A stretch of DNA of 64,000 nucleotides. It comes from Candidatus Latescibacterota bacterium. GTDB lineage: Bacteria > Latescibacterota > UBA2968. Position numbers and translations under genes: made by a program. The notes below the pieces were generated by a model. The model did no database searches, was not told the DNA's origin, and saw only the letters and a list, made by a program, of their open reading frames with translations. The stretch is from the NCBI GenBank assembly GCA_965198115.1, contig OZ240241.1:6624001-6688000 (forward strand), written 5' to 3'. Of the stretch, positions 60,183 through 64,000 are shown piece after piece; the stretch's first letter is position 1, and each line of letters begins with the position of its first letter.

Positions 60183-61211
60183 TTAAGGTTTCAGGATCTG
60201 TTTGAGGCCGATTTTGGCCTCGGCGTGCTCGAAGGCGGTTTCCCAGGCGTCGAGCGTATGGGTGTGGCTGATGAACCGGGTCAGATCGACCTGTCCGCGC
60301 CGGACAGTGTCGATCGCGCTGTCCCACGAGGGCCAGTCGGCGCCGATCGAGCCCTGCACGCGAAGCTGTTTGTAGACGATTCTCCCCCAGTCGATCTCGA
60401 AAGGATGGTCGATGAGGGCAACCTGCGTGAAGTGACCGCAGTTGGCGACGGCCTGAAGACACTGGTCGACCGACCCTCGAGTGCCGCCACAATCGAACAC
60501 GACGTCCGCACCGTGTCCGTCGCTCATCTCGTTCACGAGATCGACGACGTCGGCTTTCTCGATGTTGACGGCTTCGTCTACGCCAAGGGCTCGTGCGCTG
60601 GCGAGACGGTCGCCATCGGCGCTCGTGCCGGCGACGACGACGCGGCTTCCCGCCTGGAGCGCCAACCACGCGCACATCAGTCCGATGGGTCCGGGACCGC
60701 AGATGAGCACGATGTGATCGGGCTTCAGATCTGTGTATCGACAGACAGCTTTGACGCAACAAGCGAACGGCTCGACGAGGGCGGCGGCTTCGAAGCTGAC
60801 GGTGGCCGGCAGCGTGAAGGTGAGGTGCCCGGGTACGACGAGATATTCTGCGAAGCCGCCGTCGAGACCGCTGCCGATCGATCGCCGCTCGGAACAAAAA
60901 AAGTAAGTGCCCTGGTGACAGAAACGACATCGTCCGCAGATGCCGTTCACGGTGGGGTTGATGGTTACGCGGTCGCCCCGGACGATGTGGGTGACGCCCG
61001 CTCCGAGGTCGACGATTTCCCCACCGATCTCGTGACCGAGGGTGACTGGCGGATGGAAACCGTAGCCCCCATCCCGTATGTGCATGTCGGTCCCGCACAG
61101 ACCGCCGGCGTGAACGCGGATGAGGACTTCACCTTCATCGGGAGTAGGTTCGGGAATGTCGCAGAGGGTGAGTTCACCCGGTGTCTCCGTCGTTTTGCGA
61201 AGGGCCTTCAT
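60183..61211 (-). CDS. Zn-dependent alcohol/polyol dehydrogenase (MDR)
   Basis: GLCGTD, LGHE, CxxCxxC..C, GPGPIG. Confidence 0.93.
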   Translation of the reverse strand: MKALRKTTETPGELTLCDIPEPTPDEGEVLIRVHAGGLCGTDMHIRDGGYGFHPPVTLGHEIGGEIVDLGAGVTHIVRGDRVTINPTVNGICGRCRFCHQGTYFFCSERRSIGSGLDGGFAEYLVVPGHLTFTLPATVSFEAAALVEPFACCVKAVCRYTDLKPDHIVLICGPGPIGLMCAWLALQAGSRVVVAGTSADGDRLASARALGVDEAVNIEKADVVDLVNEMSDGHGADVVFDCGGTRGSVDQCLQAVANCGHFTQVALIDHPFEIDWGRIVYKQLRVQGSIGADWPSWDSAIDTVRRGQVDLTRFISHTHTLDAWETAFEHAEAKIGLKQILKP

Positions 61212-61254
61212 TGGGTCAATGGCTCCTCGCTCGAGCTTGACTGTTGGAGAGATT

Positions 61255-61347
61255 GGGAACCACCCCTCGACTCCGCTCGGGGCAGGCTCCTGAACACAGA
61301 TGGACACAGATGGGAAGTACCTCGAAGAGCGAGGTCCTAGTCGGGGA
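61255..61347 (+). repeat. 10-mer array with nested REP-like hairpin + GGTCCTAGTCGGGGA
   Basis: GGGAACCAC-[CCCTCGACTCCGCTCGGGGCAGG]-ACACAGATGG x2 (61294-313); motif at 61333-47. Confidence 0.75.
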
Positions 61348-61424
61348 CGTGCTCTGGAGTGGTGTCAGTATCCGCGGTGAGTTCACGTCGATAGTGATGC
61401 CCATTTCAATCCTGCACCGATCAC

Positions 61425-62588
61425 TTACTCGAAGGTGGTTGGGTCCTCGAGAGCGGTTTTGAGTGTCTGCAGATAGCGAGCGCCGATGAGGCCGTCGACG
61501 GCGCGGTGGTCGGCGGACAGGGTGAGGGTCATGATTCTCCGCAGCAGGAACCCCGTCGCATCTTCCGCGGATCGGACTTCGTTTCGTATGGCGCCGACGG
61601 CGAGGGCCGCTGTCTCGGGGGGATTGATGATGGCCGAGAATTCGCGAACCCCGAACATCCCGAGGTTCGATATCGTGAAGGTCGATCTGGCGCTGCCGGA
61701 CATTCTGCCCTGACGGGCCTCGGCGACGATTCGAGACCGGATGCTACGAATCTCGTCGAGTGTGAGGTCGTTTGCCAGTTCGATCACGGGTACCAGGAGC
61801 CCGCCATCGATGCCCACAGCCAGACCGATGTTGACCGAGCCGTGGTAGACGATTTCGTCTCCTTCCACGCTGGCGTTGAGGCCTTCGTATTGGGTCAGCG
61901 ACCGTGCGACGGCCTGGATGATCAGATCCGTGAGGGTCAAATCCGGACGGGTTTCGAGTTGGCCATTCCACCAGACCTCTGTTTCGGTGACGTCTATGTC
62001 GACGGTCAGGTAGAAGTGAGGGACGGTCTGCTTGGCCGCAACCATCGCCGCCCCGATGGCTTTCCTCGCGCGTGACAAGGATTCCCGACGTCCTTCTTTT
62101 ACATCGGGGGACGATGCGGCCACCTCGACGTCTTCCGCTTTGATGCGCCCACTAGGGCCCGTTCCAGTGACTGTCGCGAGGTCGACGCCCAGCTCCCGCG
62201 CACGTCTTCGGGCAGATGGGGAGGTTCTGACACCTGCTCCCGGAGCCGGTGACTGCGATGGCGCAGCCTGCTCTGCGTTCGTCTTCGTCGACGAGGGTAT
62301 CGTAGGCTGAGTTGGAACCGGCGAAGCGTCGATTTCGAACGGCTCGTCAGCCGTGTCGCTCACGATGGCGATGGTGGAGAGGACGGGTACGGTCTGACCG
62401 TCGTCGCACAGAATCTTTCGGAGATAACCGTCGGTGGGGGCTTCGAAGTCGAAGAGGGCCTTGTCGGTTTCGAGTTCGCACAGGATCTCGCCCTTTTCGA
62501 TGCGATCTCCTTCCTGCTTCCGCCACTGGACGAGGGTCCCTTCATCCTGCTGGAGCCCGTATTTGGGCATTTTGAGTTCTGTTACCAC
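61425..62588 (-). CDS. Dihydrolipoamide acyltransferase E2
   Basis: Lipoyl ETDKA, E3-binding SPSARRRARELG..GTGPSGRI, ISNLG, DHRAVDG. Confidence 0.93.
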   Translation of the reverse strand: MVTELKMPKYGLQQDEGTLVQWRKQEGDRIEKGEILCELETDKALFDFEAPTDGYLRKILCDDGQTVPVLSTIAIVSDTADEPFEIDASPVPTQPTIPSSTKTNAEQAAPSQSPAPGAGVRTSPSARRRARELGVDLATVTGTGPSGRIKAEDVEVAASSPDVKEGRRESLSRARKAIGAAMVAAKQTVPHFYLTVDIDVTETEVWWNGQLETRPDLTLTDLIIQAVARSLTQYEGLNASVEGDEIVYHGSVNIGLAVGIDGGLLVPVIELANDLTLDEIRSIRSRIVAEARQGRMSGSARSTFTISNLGMFGVREFSAIINPPETAALAVGAIRNEVRSAEDATGFLLRRIMTLTLSADHRAVDGLIGARYLQTLKTALEDPTTFE

Positions 62589-62737
62589 GTCGTCTCCCGG
62601 ATGAACTGCGATCAAAGCGGGTGGTAAGATAAGAAAATGGCCGTGCCTCGCCAGACGTGTTCGGTCTTGCGGGGCGTGACTTTGTTATATTGGACCCTTG
62701 CACAGAGCAGAAACGGAACCTTTATGGAGGGCTTCCC

Positions 62738-64000
62738 GTGCGGTTTCATAGCCGGGTTTGGCCAATCCTGTCGGCCTGTCTGCTAGCGGCACCCGATGTC
62801 GCACAAGGCGAGACGATACGGCTGATCCACGGAAACGATACCTTCGGGCATCTGAGTCTGGACGATGGGAGTCCATCGTTTCGACTCGCTCGACGCGTCT
62901 CCGCGATCAGGGCGCACTCTGCGGTTCATCCTGCCGTCGTCGTGAGCGCAGGCAACGAGCTGGGGCCGGGGACGCTTTCTGCGTGGGACAAGGGAGCGAC
63001 GATGGTTGGCACGCTGCGACGGGTCGGCACTTCCGCGCTCGTGCCCGGACCCAGGGAGTTCGACTACGGGCTGGACATCCTGACAACCCGCGTGACCGAG
63101 GGAGGCTTCAGCCTGCTCGCCGCCAACCTGGAAGGCGTCGACGCTCAGGCTTACTTGTCGGTGGAGATGAGCGGTGTGCAGGTCGGCCTGATCGGGGTCG
63201 TTTCATCCGGGCTGCTCGACAGGCTGGGATCGGATGTCGCGAACGCTCTGACGGTGACTGATCCATCCGAAGCCATCGCGTCGACCGTGCCGATTCTGCA
63301 AGGCTTCGGTGTGGATGTGATCGTCGTGATCGCCCAGGCGACCGAATCGGAGGCCATCGCCCTTGCGCACGCCCATACCGGAGTGGACCTGGTTGCTTAC
63401 GGCGGCCAGTCGGAACGGGAGGACGACGAGGCAAAACCGACGCTGATCCAGCTGGCCAATGGTGTCCGTCTGGTGACAACACCTCCTGGTGGCCGTCACG
63501 TGGGCGTGGTTGACGTGAGCGTGGAGGCGAGGGGCGACCGCTACGCGATGATCGATGTGGACGCGTCTCTTGCGGAGACGACGATTCACGCACCCGATCC
63601 CGAGACGGAGGCCCAGATCAAAGGCCTGGCGAGACGCTACCTGACCGAGAGCGGATCACTTTTGGGTCAGATCGAGGGAAACTCACGCGACGAGCACGCT
63701 CGAGCGATCGCCAATCTGATGCGGCTCCACACCGAGACGGAGGTCGGCATCGTCTCGCGAGGTTCTTTCACGTCGGTGGCGGCTCCGGCAGGGTTCTACC
63801 GAAGCGATCTCGACTGGCTGATCCGATACGACGACGGGCTGACGAAACTGGAGTTGACCGGCGGTCAGCTGAGACGCGTGGTCGACATCAGTCAGGGACG
63901 GCGAGACTCCGATACGGGTCTAATCTTCGCCGGGCTCGATCCGCACGATCGCACGATCAATGGACGTCCGATTCAGGGGAAGGAGCGTTACCGGGTCGTC
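62738..64000 (+). CDS. Secreted 5'-nucleotidase-fold protein with degenerate metal sites (partial, runs off window)
   Basis: Manual translation from GTG after GGAGG: signal peptide, LIHGNDTFG, SAGNEL, PGPREFDYG, LAANL, VGLIG, ELTG.QL, INGRPI..YRVV. Confidence 0.8.
   Translation, partial: MRFHSRVWPILSACLLAAPDVAQGETIRLIHGNDTFGHLSLDDGSPSFRLARRVSAIRAHSAVHPAVVVSAGNELGPGTLSAWDKGATMVGTLRRVGTSALVPGPREFDYGLDILTTRVTEGGFSLLAANLEGVDAQAYLSVEMSGVQVGLIGVVSSGLLDRLGSDVANALTVTDPSEAIASTVPILQGFGVDVIVVIAQATESEAIALAHAHTGVDLVAYGGQSEREDDEAKPTLIQLANGVRLVTTPPGGRHVGVVDVSVEARGDRYAMIDVDASLAETTIHAPDPETEAQIKGLARRYLTESGSLLGQIEGNSRDEHARAIANLMRLHTETEVGIVSRGSFTSVAAPAGFYRSDLDWLIRYDDGLTKLELTGGQLRRVVDISQGRRDSDTGLIFAGLDPHDRTINGRPIQGKERYRVV

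Noticed and set aside
1481-61313. Short tandem arrays as CRISPR
   Set aside because: Units are 7-10 nt and contiguous; there is no 23-47 nt repeat/spacer array and no cas genes
4465-61340. Long antisense ORFs (4465-5595, 13472-14632, 16254-17693, 32633-33784, 36212-37498, 50234-51499, 54785-56035, 60168-61340)
   Set aside because: Shadows of well-supported genes on the other strand; expected at high GC and without recognisable motifs

Overview
GC-rich bacterial window with about 45 protein genes and no rRNA, tRNA or CRISPR array that I can see. The many PhyH dioxygenases and sugar/sulfate enzymes suggest an environmental heterotroph, possibly Latescibacterota-like (inference only). Housekeeping genes: proS, infA, pyrE, cysK, an RluA-family synthase and fetAB. 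Other content: six PhyH-family Fe/2OG dioxygenases, a TetM/EF-G-like GTPase, an ankyrin protein, a sensorless two-component cluster and an acetoin-dehydrogenase-like cluster. There are four IS elements (2x IS630, ISL3, IS256); three of them disrupt genes. About 12 scattered frameshifts, mostly in homopolymers, suggest long-read indel errors. Two things stand out as unexplained. (1) A dense set of intergenic 7-, 8- and 9/10-nt tandem arrays lies almost entirely on the + strand. Six of the 9/10-mer arrays form a composite unit: array, 15-23 nt variable spacer, then conserved GGCCCTATTCGGGGA. (2) A structured ~130-nt leader with an anti-RBS pairing lies between a clear sigma70 promoter and the ankyrin gene.
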